From Harriotta raleighana (taxonomy: Eukaryota), in assembly GCA_050575255.1 (NCBI GenBank), contig JBNZDD010013632.1:2240480-2304479 (forward strand): a stretch of 64,000 nucleotides of DNA, written 5' to 3'. The notes under the pieces were generated by a model. That model saw nothing but the letters and a program-made list of their open reading frames with translations, made no database searches and was not told the origin of the DNA. Below, one piece after another: positions 23,201-36,269 of the stretch; position 1 is the first letter of the stretch, and each line of letters begins with the position of its first letter. Both the position numbers and the translations under genes were made by a program.

Positions 23201-26200
23201 GTAATATCAGCTGTCCAGAAATCCTAAATATTATTTCCCCACTTCTATGCATGTAGTAGATTTTTTCCACACTTTCCCTGTGTTTCCTATAGTATAACTA
23301 TTGGTGCACAACAGCACATTTAGAATCAGCATTTAATACTATATACTGAATATTTTTTGGAAAGGAAAAATGTATTTGAAACTGATTTGGGTAGGAGGAG
23401 GGAGCAAAGCAAGTATTATATGTCAATGGCTGAGCATGAATGAAAAAGAACCAAAGAATTTATCTATGAAATTATTGTTGTATTATTTTACATTTTCCTC
23501 CAGAACAAAAAAAATTGGTGTATTCTCTTACAACCCTCCTGTTTCTGGATACTGTATAAGATTTTTGCCTGCTCAAAAGCCTCTGCCTGTGCTATGTAAC
23601 CAGTCAATCAAAACTGCATGAGAAGCCCTTTTGCTTGGGGAATAGCAGAGCAGAGACTTAACGGTTATGTGCAAGAACTGAGAATCCAACAAAATTACAA
23701 GTCTAAACCTGTATTCCATGGTGCACTGCAATAGAACAGCTGCTGAATAATGTGGTTGTAAAATTAGATTATCATTCTATGAAACTTTGCTCAGCACTTT
23801 TATTATTGAGGTTTTACATGTGTTGGCTTTCCCCCCTCCACCCCCCGGAAATTAGTGAGGTGTGCAGGTTCTACGGAAGGACTACAAGAACTCTGTCACT
23901 CTGCTGCATCATGGAGTGTTCCAGGATACGGGCTGTTTCATAACCCACAACATCAGCGTTTTTTTAGGTGGAAAAAAAAGTGGATTGAGGTCTAAATTGG
24001 CTCGTCTGCTGTTTCCAGACAACCAAGAATCCAATTTTCACCGTACAGCCACTGAAATTCAGAAATTTGCCTAATTCTATCTACATTAATTACATAGATG
24101 ATACAAAATTTAAGTTAAGTGGGAGTACAAAGGTATTGAATGACTTGAAGAGTTTAAGAAATCACTGGTGACCATTTAGAAGCCATTGTACAAAAAGAGA
24201 TTGCCAAAGGAAAACAAAATTTCCAAAAGGTTTCACAGGATGTTGTACATGCAAAATATAGAAAGGAACTGCCCACAGCAAAGACAATGGATTGTGATTT
24301 TTAGGAAAACAGCTATAAAATGGAAAGTAACCTTCTTGCGCTCTTTAACAAAGACGGATATGTTCTGGACTTTCAAAGTTCTGACATTAATAAATGACAA
24401 AGCTGAAAACAACCCCCAGCAGAAATGATGACCCTGCTCGTCTGCTCCAATGCCAAGAAAGCACTTCACTTTCAGATGGAGGTTTAATTATATCCCGACT
24501 ATTTTGATTCTAAGCTGAATTTGATCTTGCACATATTACATTTTATTGCAGGAATGGTTTTGTACATGGGAAACGGTTCATCTGGATCTGAGTTAAGCTT
24601 AGTTTGATCTTCTCTTGTAATAAAAACATGAAAGGGGCTGTACAGAGACTAATTTACCCTTCTAATACTTGTCTTCATTTTGTAATTAATTGCCAGATAT
24701 TTAATAATATTGTTGTAGTTTCTTATTGTGCTTATATAACTTAACCCTTGTTTAGGGTTTCAGTCAGTTTAAAAGAACTTCAGAAGGAGATTCTAAAAAT
24801 GTAACCTGAGCAACAGCAGGAGAGCACCACATGAGAGGGAGAGCATGAAATCAATGTTTTATGGAAATGAACCACTGTCTGTGACCAGGAGAAATGCTGT
24901 CACCAGTATCTTTGTGCTCCTTTCCCGCCTCCATTTAAAAAATATATTTCTTGCCTTTTTGGTTGATTCCCTGCTCTTTGCTTGGAGGACCAATTAAACG
25001 TGCAGACTGATCACTTGGATTCAGTCAGTGGCCCACAGAAACTTGCCCTGGATTCTCTCTTCTTCCTGATGGGCACACAAGAGCTTTTCTGCTCGTAGCT
25101 TCCACGATTGAGAATGTGAATGACAGAGATCAACCCGAAACCTATGTTGCACCAATGCGCTGTAACATTGTACCACACTGCAACCTTTTCTAATGAAGTC
25201 TGATTCCCCAAGCAGATAATGGCACTGTTGTAGCATCCAGAAATATGACATTCATTCTCAAGGAAGCTTTGAACATGGTTGTTTTTGTCATATCCTTCTA
25301 ATTTTAATTGATCGCTGCTGTCCTGTGCACAAATGTGGTATATGTGTGCATTTGTCACAATTCCTTGGATGTTTAATTTCTAATCTGATCTGCCTCTGTT
25401 GAGGATCAGCTAGACATCAATGAGGTGTTTTGCAAGAAAAAAAACATTACTGAATTGCTGTCGGGCATTTTTTAGCAGGTAATGTAATAACTGAGCAGCA
25501 TTGACAAGTGTGTTGGTTGCTTGGCTATTCCTTCAGCTAAGGAATAACACAAGTTAACAAAGCAATCACATCACTATCTTTGTACTTTTCTACATTTTAC
25601 CTCGATACCTACTGTGGATTTTAATTACTAATTAGAAAAATATAATTTAAGTACTTAATGAGTGATGCCATTTTATAAAAGCACAGTTGTAAGTATCTGG
25701 ATGTTAATAAACATGAAATTACCACTTAAGTTATTTTAAAATACTTAATTAGATTTTAAGCAAACTTCCTAAGTACTGTTTACTCAGCAGATACAAGATT
25801 CTATTGGAGGAATGTAATGCTGCTTTTATTTTGGTGCTGTATTCTTCCCCAAGCACCGAAAGACTTAATTAAATCCTAATGGGTTGGAAGGTGTGCCAAA
25901 TTCCAATTGAAACCGCCACCTTTTAAATTATTATTGTCGCTTTTATTGTAACTATTTATAGAAGATAGTTAACATTTTCTGACTTTGGGAAAATGTTCAA
26001 AGACTGGCCTGCCACTGTTTTCAAACAGTGTAATGCAAATTTTATTTGTTGTTGATATTAGGTTCAAAGGGGAGAAAATCCCTTCGCCAATTCTCACTGT
26101 ATGAATCCTTTCTAGAAGGTTCTTAACAAAGATTTTTGATTTTACCAATTTGTATCTGACAGATGGAAAGTTACACATCAGTTTTCTTGCAACATCACTC

Positions 26201-26740
26201 CATTGATGCCTGTTTCATGGGGCAGCTTCATTGACTTTATTGCTAGCCAGCACTTTGAATCATCTCTAGGGTGAGCTTGAGGCATCCAACTCCATGAAAA
26301 TCATACCCCCTGTGTACTCTTTCTACTTAACTTCTAGAGAGCTTCCCACGATCAGGTGGCTGTTCAAAAGAATCAGTTGCCATTAAGTCAAAAGTTTTGC
26401 TCCGACAGACAAGCTGGATGTCCCTTCAGTTTCTGTACTAATGTATCTCTGGAGGGAAATGGAGAGATAACTGTTTTTTCTGCATCCACAGTATGACCAT
26501 TGGTCAAAATCCAGAATCTTTCAATGCAAAGTACTGCATCAGGTTATTTCTGGATTTGAGAGAGAGCTGTGATTTTAACTTGGGCAAAAAGTACTCTCAC
26601 AGCATATTAAGTGCGAAAATGTTCAAACAAAATTAAACTTTTGTGTATTAAGCATGCATTTGTGAATTCAAAATACTGGTACTCATACCTTTATTCTTAA
26701 TGTTTTATGTTCAACCATTTAAGAGGAATGAAACACCTTG

Positions 26741-26887
26741 TTTTCGCCCACAAATATACAGTCAATTTTTCCTACTCCTTTCCCTGAGCCCTCCCTCCCC
26801 CCCCCCTACTTGGCTGTACAGCGCTTTGGGACGTCCTCCCGACGTGAAAGGTGCTATATAAATAAAATTCTGATTGATTGATTGATT
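26741..26887 (+). mobile_element. 5'-truncated copy of the composite Deu/L2 retroelement
   Basis: tttcgcccacaaatatacagtcaatttttcctac...ccccctacttggctgtacagcgctttgggacgtcctcccgacgtgaaaggtgctatataaataaaattct(gatt)4, collinear with the reverse complement of 12139-12276. Confidence 0.88.
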
Positions 26888-28578
26888 GTGACACAAATAT
26901 GGAAATGCTAAATGTTAAGTAAAAGTTATTTTACTCAGCTTCAGAAGAGCATCCTCCAGTATAGGAAAAAAAAATCTTGCCACTATAAGCACCAGCTGTC
27001 CTTATTGTTTCTCTGAATGAGATTGCCAACTTGTGGGCAGTTTTATGCTGTTGACTTGTGCCAAAGTAGCAATTGGATCGTGATTGCACAGTCCTTTCAA
27101 GTGGGATAATTCCTGTAAGCAAAGTAGGGATACTTTTAGTCAATTATTCTGGGCTGATGTTAGAGCTAGGCCCAGGATGAAAAGATATTGTGCTAACCCA
27201 GTGAATATTGCAGTTGATATTATCAGTTGTAATACTCCAGATTAAATCTCAATTACAATATTTACATAATAATATGCAAATTTCACTGTAAAAATTGGAA
27301 TTCAACCTTCAGTCATAAAATGTTTGGCAAGTTGCAGTATTGTTGATGTTTATTATAAATGTATGCTCTTGTACACTTGTCCACTCTGAGGTATTTATTA
27401 GATGGGCTCACAGTCTTGTTTGTATTGGTCCAAAAATCACTACAGATTTCTCAGTGCCTCAAGGTTCTCGGAACAAATTCAGTTGAGATGAAGTCTGTGG
27501 AACACTGCAAGTTCTGTAGGATTTCCTGCAATAGGTACCTTTTAGCAAACTGATCCTTGAATAGATGTGAGCAGGTGCACTAAAATTTATTCAACAAAGT
27601 GTTTGCAATCACTGATTGTGGCAGAACATGTGTTTAAGGCATTTGAAATGTTAGACAAATACACTAAAGGCTCCATAAAATAACCATTTGCTTTCTGCTT
27701 GATGATTGGCAGAATAAGGTCTATGTGGCACAGAGCTATGAACAGTATTTTCCGTGAAAACAAAACACGTTAATCATCATTTGTTATCCAACAGTCGGGA
27801 GAGAAACCGTTTAGGTTCACCATGGGAAGTGAACATTGAATCTGATTGTTTCAGTATTATTTACACGTTTCCTTTGCAAATTTTTGTTAAGTGTTTGGAT
27901 TTCCTCTCAGTCTCTTTGAATTATTCCAGATGTAGGCTGCAGTCAAATGACTCTTTTCCTAATCTTTTTTTGAGTGGGGAGGGGGGAGAGAGAATGTTCA
28001 ATCGACATTTTAGTAGCGAAATCAAATGAGCAAACAGAGTTCTCAATTGTGTGTTTGGCATGTCTCCATTCAGAACCAACACAGATGGCTCTGTTGTTGC
28101 AGCAGAGGCAGAAATACTACATTAATGTTTAAAGGGATTAAAAATCCTCTTGGCAGTAGTGGCATATGTTACCACTTAATTGTTGCATTAGATGCTTCCC
28201 CTGCTGTTACGAAACCTGTAGTCACTTTGTCTGCTTCTTATAAAGTATTGAAAGTCTTTCATGTTCAAACCAAGCTTTCAACAAACTTTGGTCACATTTT
28301 TGAGTGTTTTCCTACTGTATTCATACATCTAATCGTATGTTAATTGCCTCTTATATTGCTTTGTAGTGTAAGGAAACATTCATATTGCATGGATACTAGC
28401 GCACATGAAGAAATCCACTTGACCTACATTTGTATTGGGCAGAGCTTTTAAGAGTTCTAATCTGAACTGGTTGACTGTGTATTTGTGTGCTGGCTAAAGG
28501 AAAGTTTTTATCATATTTGTCTTCCTGTCATTTTATCTTCAAATTTCAAGAAATGCAATTCACTATCCTACAGCAGAT

Positions 28579-28617
28579 TTGATAATATTAACCTGATAAT
28601 ATTAACCTAATATTAAT
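28579..28617 (+). repeat. Short tandem repeat, 14-bp unit
   Basis: tgataatattaacc tgataatattaacc taatattaa. Confidence 0.7.
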
Positions 28618-28808
28618 ATGGTCATGATTTTATGGTGTTAGTATTCAATTCTTCCAAGTGTTTATTAAATACAGAGGAAACCTGATGCACTATGTGAGTT
28701 TTCCAAATGTAAAACAAGATTATTATTAAATACTTTCATTGTCATTTGGTGTAATTTTATGAATGAAAGTACGGTGCTATCATTAAACATTAAAAATTAA
28801 ATAGTTAA

Positions 28809-28991
28809 GCAGCCAATAGCACCTAGCAGTATTCCACAAACAGTCGTGGACTGAGTGACCAAATTATTTTTTTTGAGGGATTATTATTCGGCATGTGGAG
28901 CAAGAAAATTTGCCCAAGGTTTCGTCCTGACTGGAATCAAATCCAGGTCTCTCGCTTGGGAGGCGGGTGCTCTAACCACTGAGCTACAGGA
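28809..28991 (-). mobile_element. DeuSINE-like SINE, 5' half (tRNA head plus part of core)
   Basis: Minus strand tcctgtagctcagtggttagagcacccgcctcccaagcgagagacctggatttgattcc, continuing into the shared body. Confidence 0.85.
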
Positions 28992-29681
28992 TATGCAATG
29001 TGTAAGCACAAAGTGCACCTGAAAAGCCCACCAGTGAGCTGAATGTCTGCCTTGACTTTTTTTTTGCAAGTTAAGGAATGACTGGGACTCCTTGCTTTGG
29101 GAGTAAAAGCCTTAGTTAATCAGGAGTTTACAATCCAATAATTTGGCAGATTCATTTCTAGAAAGCAGAGTTCCCAGCATTAGAAACTATTAATTATATA
29201 AGATGCGCTAAAAAGGATCGTCTGGAACACCTTCTGTACATTGTTCTCAAAATAAATCTATAGGATTTTGCAGTGAACTGATCTATGTCTTACACATCAT
29301 TCGGTTGACGGGAGAAATACTGTAGAACTGAATATGATATTCTGTTTCTCACAAGGATGCAGTAACTCTCAAAACAGACTGCATTGCAAAAGAAAATTGT
29401 AGTTTGGTCATTTTGATTAGCCACAGTTCATATGGACTAAAAAGGCCAGAGTTTGTTTCAAGTACAGTATAATGTATCAATGCTGCAGACCAGATTGTAG
29501 AATTGACTTGTGGTCGAGTAAAAATCTACTCAAGATGCATCAGAATTAAGTTTTCCTTGAAATATTGATGTGTTCTATGTCTGGAATAATGAATGAACAT
29601 AATTTACAACATCATTTAGAGAAAGGACTGATTTTTGTGTTGAGATATTAAATTCTCAGGCGTATGTGTTTGTTTTTACAG

Positions 29682-29765
29682 TGGCCGGGCTCATTTATTC
29701 CTCCCCTTTTTCTACTATCGTTTCCTGACTTTACGCTATGGCTCCCGCAGAAATCCCTACTGCAG
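29682..29765 (+). CDS. TMEM33: TMEM33-family gene, penultimate coding exon (84 nt)
   Basis: Acceptor gtttgtttttacag| and donor cag|gtaggt. Phase 2/2. Translates (G)GRAHLFLPFFYYRFLTLRYGSRRNPYC(R), matching the hallmark PFxYYRFLTLRYxSRRNPYCR. Confidence 0.97.
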
Positions 29766-30102
29766 GTAGGTGCAACATTCACACTTGATAGATTTGTTTT
29801 TAACACAATGATGGTTGCAAACAGGTCAGCACACCAGTTTAGTAATAGAATTAATCTGAGAATTCTAATACAACATTAATTTAATATATTTAGCTTCACC
29901 GTTTTGGTAAGGAACACATTGTATTGTGTATTTGTTGTAAAATGTTATAGAACACATTTCTCAATGTACAGTAACATCATATGATTTTACTATGGATAAA
30001 TATTGAATGAAATATTACAAATTTAAATATCTCATTAAATTTATTTATTAGTGTCTTAGTATAATTGCTTTCAGAAAGAGTGAAAATGACTTTTTTTTAA
30101 AA

Positions 30103-30800
30103 TCAACAACAAAAGGATTACATTTATAGAACACCTTTCACCTCGGGAGGACATCCCAAGGCGCTGAAGAGTCAGGGGTCTGGACCCGAACATGGTGGGG
30201 GGGGCAGGGAATGGGTGAGGGGAAACAGAGAGGTGGGAAGGAATCTGAAGGCAAGGTCGAAAAGGAGCATCTTGAGACCAGTCTTGAAGGCAAGGGAGGA
30301 AGTGAGGTGGAGGGACTGTGAGATCGAGTTCCAGAGTGTGGGAGAAGAGAGGCTGGAAGCCCTGTCACCGATGGTAAGGCGAGTCGGGCGGGGGACATGG
30401 AGCAGACCGAAGCCTGATGAACTGAGGGAGCGTGCGGGTTGATAGGTCGGAGAAAACAAGGACGAGGATCTTGATTTCTATCCTCTGGCAGATGGAGCCA
30501 GGTGAGGGTGGGAGTGATGGGGTTGCGGAGCATGGTGTGGGAGAGGACACAAGCTGCAGAGTTTAGGATGATCTGGGGAAGACGGGCTTGCAGGGTTATG
30601 GGGAAAAAGCTGGTGATTGGGGTTAATGAAAGTGACATTGCTCTGTCAAAGAGCCGGCACAGACTCGACGGGCCGAATGGCCTCTTTCTGTGCCGTAACC
30701 TTCTATGATTCTATGATCTGCAGCTTGGTGAAGGGAAGAGATGGGAAGGCCGATGACGAGAGAGTTTCCGTAGTCAAGCTTTGATGTGACTAATGTGTGG
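30103..30800 (-). mobile_element. L2 LINE 3' portion (ORF2 C-terminus, 3'UTR, (GTT)n tail), interrupted by a CR1 insertion
   Basis: Minus-strand peptides ILNSAACVLSHT..PITPTLTWLH, RIEIKILVLVF and RSLSSSGFGLLHVPRPTRLTIGDRASSLSSPTLWNS..FKTGLKMLLFDLAF are typical of the L2 ORF2 C-terminus. Frameshifted. Confidence 0.88.
30592..30718 (+). mobile_element. CR1 LINE 3'UTR end nested in L2
   Basis: gagccggcacagactcgacgggccgaatggcctctttctgtgccgtaacc followed by (ttctatga)2, the characteristic CR1 terminal octamer repeat. Confidence 0.88.
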
Positions 30801-30925
30801 GTGGAAAATAATGAAGCTGGGTAATCAAGTCAGTCTTGGTAGTAGTAACTGAGCCAGTGGATCTGACATAGCTCATGGCACTAAAGAAGACAAACCAGCT
30901 AACTCATTGGCAGGACTTGGGAGTG

Positions 30926-31497
30926 GCAGGCCAATCAGGAGGGCCTCGGTTTTCCGGAGATTGAGCTAAAGAAAGTTGTCTCTCGTCCAGGACTCGATGT
31001 CAGACAGGCAGGCTGTCAGGACATCAGTAGTCGTGGAGTTGAGGGTAGAGGAGGAAAGGTAGAGTTGGGTGTCATCCACATACATGTGGAAGTTAACCCC
31101 ATGTCTGCGGATGATGTCACCAAGGGGGAGCATATAGAGGGTGAAGAGGAGAGGACCAAGGACAGAGCCCTGAGGGACGCCGCACGTGACAGTGCGGGGG
31201 CTGGAGGAAAAGCCATTCGAATGTACAAAATGAAGACGGTGGGAGAGGTAGGACCTAAACCACTCAAGGACAGGGCCTTGAAGGTTGAGGTGGGAGGACA
31301 GGCGGTGCAGGAGAATAGAGTGGTCGACCGTATCGAATGCGGCCGATAGGTCGAGGAGGCAGAGGGAGCCCTGGTTACAGATGGTCAGGATGTCATTGGT
31401 GACCTTGACCAGTGCAGTTTCCGTGCTATGGGCAGCACGGAAACCCGACTGGAGGGGTTCGAGGAGTGAGTGGGTAAAGAGGAAAGAGAAACTGGAG
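30926..31497 (-). mobile_element. L2-clade reverse transcriptase fragment (non-functional)
   Basis: [71 protein letters not shown]. In-frame stop after NFL, and 5'-truncated. Confidence 0.95.
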
Positions 31498-32624
31498 TGC
31501 ATTCCCCCAGGAAGAGAGTGAGTTTTCCATTCCAAAAATGGCAATTTCCTGTACAGGTGGAATGCCTGGAACCATGTTTGCTGTGGATACTCTTCCAAGA
31601 TGGTGATATATTCTGGTGTTATTCGGTACTAGATATAGAAGAATCCTCTGTGAAAGTTGAAAAAGGTATTTTCCTTGGTTAGGAAGTCTGTGAACTATAT
31701 TTGAACTACAATTTTGTAATAAGACTGTTCCAGAAGAGAGAACCAATAATTTATTTACTTCATTGGCAAAAAACTATTGTGCATATGGGATGTTGTTCGT
31801 GCCCTTTAGAAGGCTTTACTAACTATTACTGACAAGCCTATTGTTGAATATTATGAATGCTAGTGTAATATTTATGATTATATTAATTCAATAAAATCAT
31901 GAAACTTCAGAAGATTGTTATGAAGAATGACTCCCAAAAGTTTTAATTTCAGTGGGAAAAACAACTGTGAATGATTGAGATCCAGCTCTTTAAAGTGCTG
32001 AGGGTCACAGATAATACCAATGTGAGCAGGTCACTTAACCTAAATCACAAGTACAAAACTGAAGAATATGAGTAATGAGCCTCAAGCAAGACTGCACAGC
32101 ACCAGGTATTCTTTTCCCCCTATCCATCCACAGAATAGGGAAAACTTAAAGGACTGGCAGTTAATGCCATTTAATTCACTACATAGATTTGAAAGCTATG
32201 AAAGTAAGTATAGACAGAGATGATCAATCATGGTATAGAATTCAATGATCCCTGACCTGCTAAGACCTTGGAACGCAAATTTCCAAATATGAATAAAGCA
32301 GATTGTATGGGTTAGTTATTCTTGATGATGTTTTGGTGCCGAGGGGGAAGGAGAGACAAAGAGGAACATTGTAGGACCTTCCCTCAAGAGACTGAATAAT
32401 ACGGGGAAACGGCATGGTCTGCAAAAGTGAATGGCCTTTTACAATTCCACACTTTGTCAGTAATGTTGCTTTTCCCCTTTAATCAAGAATTGAAAACACT
32501 TCAGAGCAGAAGATGGTTATTCATTCAGCCCAACATGCCTATACGGATGAGTCTTATGGGTGATTGCTTGCAATTAACTGCTGCTTCCATTCAAGCGCAG
32601 ATCCATAGATAGCTTGCTCCAGCA

Positions 32625-33015
32625 ACATATAGTTCTGGTCTCTGTCCACTAAAGGGATTCCCCAGACCATAGAGGCATTCAGAGGGAAACTAGGAGGCTC
32701 ATCCCCAGTGTTAGAGGAATGCGCTATAAGCAACAATGAGACAAGGTTGGGTTCTTCAGTCTTGATAAGAGGCAGACAGAACCTTATAGAGGTACCTAGA
32801 ATTTTAAATGGGGTTGAAAAAGTACACGCCAAGATGTACCAACACAGTAGATCAGGAGGACACAGATTTAGAGTTGCAAAAGGCAATTTCAAGAAAACAC
32901 CAGAAAATATTTCTTTGCTACAAGAATAATTAATGGCTGGAATGATGATACTGTAAAAGGAAGGATGGTCAGGACAGAGAACTAATTTTAAAATGCAGCT
33001 TGCAGCTGTAATGGG
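32625..33015 (+). mobile_element. Degenerate CR1 LINE ORF2 C-terminal fragment
   Basis: ORF 32708 contains NLIEVPRILNGVEKV...SRSGGHRFRVAKGNFK, resembling CR1 DLIEVYKIMKG.DKV...RTRGH..KL..G.F. Confidence 0.65.
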
Positions 33016-35417
33016 ATCGCAGTAAGGTGAGATCCAATTCTCTGTTGTAAAATAATACTCATAGATTGATTATGGGTATAGAGTATAGATATTGAAATCA
33101 TGGATGACTTCTCATTGGGCAAAGGTAAAAGCAATATTTTCTAAATGAAACCAAATTACTTCTGTTGGAAAATATTGTCATTTACAGCAAGTCATTGTTT
33201 CCAATTAGAATCTGAACTCATTTTGTTTTAGTTCAAACATTAATGTTAATCGTCTCTTTAACTAGATGCAATTATCCAGAAATGTCCTTGATACTGTATA
33301 TTTGCACCAATTTTAATTAGGTTACATTTAACGATGCCTGTATATGAATGATGTGAGCAGCTTTGTAAAATATTAGTACTGTAGTTATTTTATTAACTAC
33401 TATGTGAGGAAATCAAACATCTTTAAACTTCATGTTGAATACATATTTGGAATAAAAAGTATTACTTGAACACCAATGCTCATTAAAAGCTTCCCCCCTT
33501 TCTCTTCTTCATTCTAAACTCTCTTTGTCATTGGAAATGTAATTGATTACAAACCTCACTGATGCATCCTAATTTAAGGAACGTGAAATGAAGGCATGCG
33601 TGCAATAGTTTACATATATTTATTTATTCCCGCAGTGCAACATTCCAAAGTATTTAAGATTTTTTTCATTACTAACTCAGGTCTAAACTATTTAAAATCA
33701 ATGAATCCCTCCCATTGACTGGAGTCCAGAGAATGCAATACACATAAGAACAAAAGGTGTAGGAACTCAACTGTCAGAGCTGATAGAATTGAGTTTATAC
33801 GAATGGAGCCAAAGTCAATGTACTGTGTAATGTGTACTGATGCACCTTGTCAGCCAATCAGAATTAAACAATAGTCCAGGGTGCAATCAAATTTTCATTA
33901 AGTGTCAAAAAATGTCTTTCTAACCCAATTGCCTGAGCTGAAATTACCAAGGGCTTCAACAACTCCTCCTGTCTTGTTGCTTTGAGTGTCTGCATCCACC
34001 GCTGCCCATCTGCCTATTGATTGGTAGGAAGCCCAGAATGGGAATTCCGTCTCATTAATCATGTCACAGAATAGGGATTAAGACAAGTCTTTGGTTTAAG
34101 CTTCACAGCATCTGACCATAGCCCATCAGTGCAGTTGATAGCTGATGATATGCAAAGAATGCCTCAAGCCCCATGGGGTCATCTGACAACAAAACTTTGG
34201 AAAACCTTTCCTTTAGAACTTGGCAAATGGATTTGGAAAGCATTGTGTTTAGCAAGAATGATCAAATTGGGAAAGTACATTTAAATAACATTGCTTTTGT
34301 CAATGTACTATTGGCCAGTTAAAATTTGTATCTATTTTATTTAGTTATCATTTTTATTAACTATACTGTCTGGGTCAGCCCAAACTTTTTTTGTCAAATC
34401 TTACAAATATAATTGGTTTTATTTTAACAGTCTGACCAGAAGTTACATGTAATGCGCTACCAAAGCACCTACTCTGACAGGACAGTGTTCTTATTCACAA
34501 GAGAGAGTTCCGAACATCTGTTAATTATGTTTTTTTTCATTGGAACAAAGGGAAAACTGAATCTAATCAAATGTTGTGCGTTTTGGGCATTTGATAATGC
34601 AGATAGTTAACTGATGGTTAAAAGCTAATGAATGAAAAATAATTGGGTGTTTTGGTGGTAATAGGCTTAGTTTAATTTAATGTTGTCTGGAAATTTGTTG
34701 TGCTATAGATGTTCTTATGTTCAAATAGCCTTGGGTATATTCAATAGTTTTCAAATGCAAGGACTATTATATTTTACTTTAGAAAATGGTCTGATTTTAT
34801 TTTAATTCGTACTGATTTTGAAATATGATTGGTTGTGTGATATTAGCAGTTTGGAAAATCAAAGTATAAATACATCTTGATTTTCATCTTGAATCCTCTT
34901 TTTTTTAGTGATCGACTCTTTCATGGGGCAATGAGTCCTCTGAATACGTTCCAAATGCAAGCATTATTAATGTGTTTAATGGGCATGCCATTTGAAATTC
35001 TTAAGATTTTTTGCAAGGATTGAGTTTACCAGTAATAAAATAAATCAATTAATGGAAAAACAAGTACTGAATATCAGACAAGAGTGTCTGTACTGTTAAA
35101 ACATTTGTTTTGTCTTATTGTGCAAACATGCTTTGAGATAAACATTTCTCAGAAATCTACTTAGCAATGTGGTGAGGCTGATAATTTCATATCACAAAAT
35201 ACATTGTATTTTTATGTTAACACATCAGTCATTGATCTTAGTGATGCATTTAAATTTCTATTTATTTATAACCCTCGGTTTACATTGAGATTTTCATACC
35301 AATTTGTCAAGCATTTGTGGTGTCACCTTTTAGTTGAGAAGAGTACACAAGCTTTAATGCAGAATACAGTTGGTGTGTACAGTTATGAATGATATATAAC
35401 AGTTTACATATATTTTA

Positions 35418-35502
35418 TAATAATGCTTGTATTTGATATAGTGCCTTATTGTGTTTGAGACATCTCAAAGCGCTTCGCAGAATATACACAGAAAGTGAAT
35501 TG
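35418..35502 (-). mobile_element. SINE 3' fragment
   Basis: taataatgcttgtatttgatatagtgcc..gagacatctcaaagcgcttcgcagaatatac..aaagtgaattg. Confidence 0.7.
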
Positions 35503-36142
35503 GGCTTTTGAGTGAAAATGCCAAACAAATTTATAAACTAATGTATTGTTTTAGAAAACCTATGTAGAATTCATTGCTTGCAGTGAAACAATACAAGAAA
35601 AGTAAAAGTCAATTCAGAGTTTAGCTGACTGCAAAAAGTACAAATCATATATCATCAACAAATATTTATTCTGAATGCCTTAAATTGTTTGCTTCATGTA
35701 TTATCAAAAGGTTAAAGTATTGTGCCTCACTCAAAGGTGTATATAGAAATGACTTCTGATATACAATTACATGACAAATAATTGAGCGTAAATTGACATT
35801 CGGAATGGAAATCTGGTATCAAATTTGAGTTGTAAAGCAAAATCTGATCATTGTCATTGAGAAGTCATAAATTCTTGTACGAGTTCATATTGTGTTTATA
35901 GGATGCCTTACAATGATGTGTTAAGTATTTTAATTTTTCTACATTGATTTGACCAGTACAACTTGCGTGACAGCCATTATGCATTAACCAGATGAATAGA
36001 GCTTGAGTAGACAGAACCACTCAGTACAAAGTGGCCACAACTGCGATTTATTGCATTGCTCTATTCCCATTGTTTTCAACAGCAAAGGTGTTGTGTGTTA
36101 TGATCTGAAGTAGCTAACTGATTTTCTATCCTTTATTAACAG

Positions 36143-36269
36143 GACATTGTTTTATGAACTTCGAGTGGCAATAGAGCACATGACAGACAGACCTTCTTTT
36201 CCAACCTTCATCAGAAATGCATGTCACAAGACGATGAATTTAATTGGTAAACTTGCACCAAGTTCATAA
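36143..36269 (+). CDS. TMEM33: TMEM33-family gene, terminal coding exon to TAA stop
   Basis: Acceptor ttttctatcctttattaacag|. Translates (R)TLFYELRVAIEHMTDRPSFPTFIRNACHKTMNLIGKLAPSS*, versus human RTLFNELRIVVEHIIMKPACPLFVRRLCLQSIAFISRLAPTVP*. The stop falls at a near-homologous position. Confidence 0.95.

Noticed and set aside
24424-24525. Possible C/D box snoRNA (ATGATGA...CTGA)
   Set aside because: Weak terminal stem, no rRNA or snRNA guide complementarity that I could recognise, and far from a 3' splice site.
25011-25358. 115-aa minus-strand ORF inside the intron
   Set aside because: No recognisable homology, no convincing donor site and no partner exons.
29664-29879. ORF-track 71-aa ORF overlapping the 84-nt exon (likewise ORF 1480-1698)
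   Set aside because: Wrong frame. The homologous TMEM33 reading is in a different frame and bounded by splice sites.
30966-31598. 210-aa ORF as an active reverse transcriptase or retron-like gene
   Set aside because: It is a truncated L2 RT fragment with an in-frame stop. The N-terminal ~35 aa come from unrelated flank and there is no endonuclease domain.
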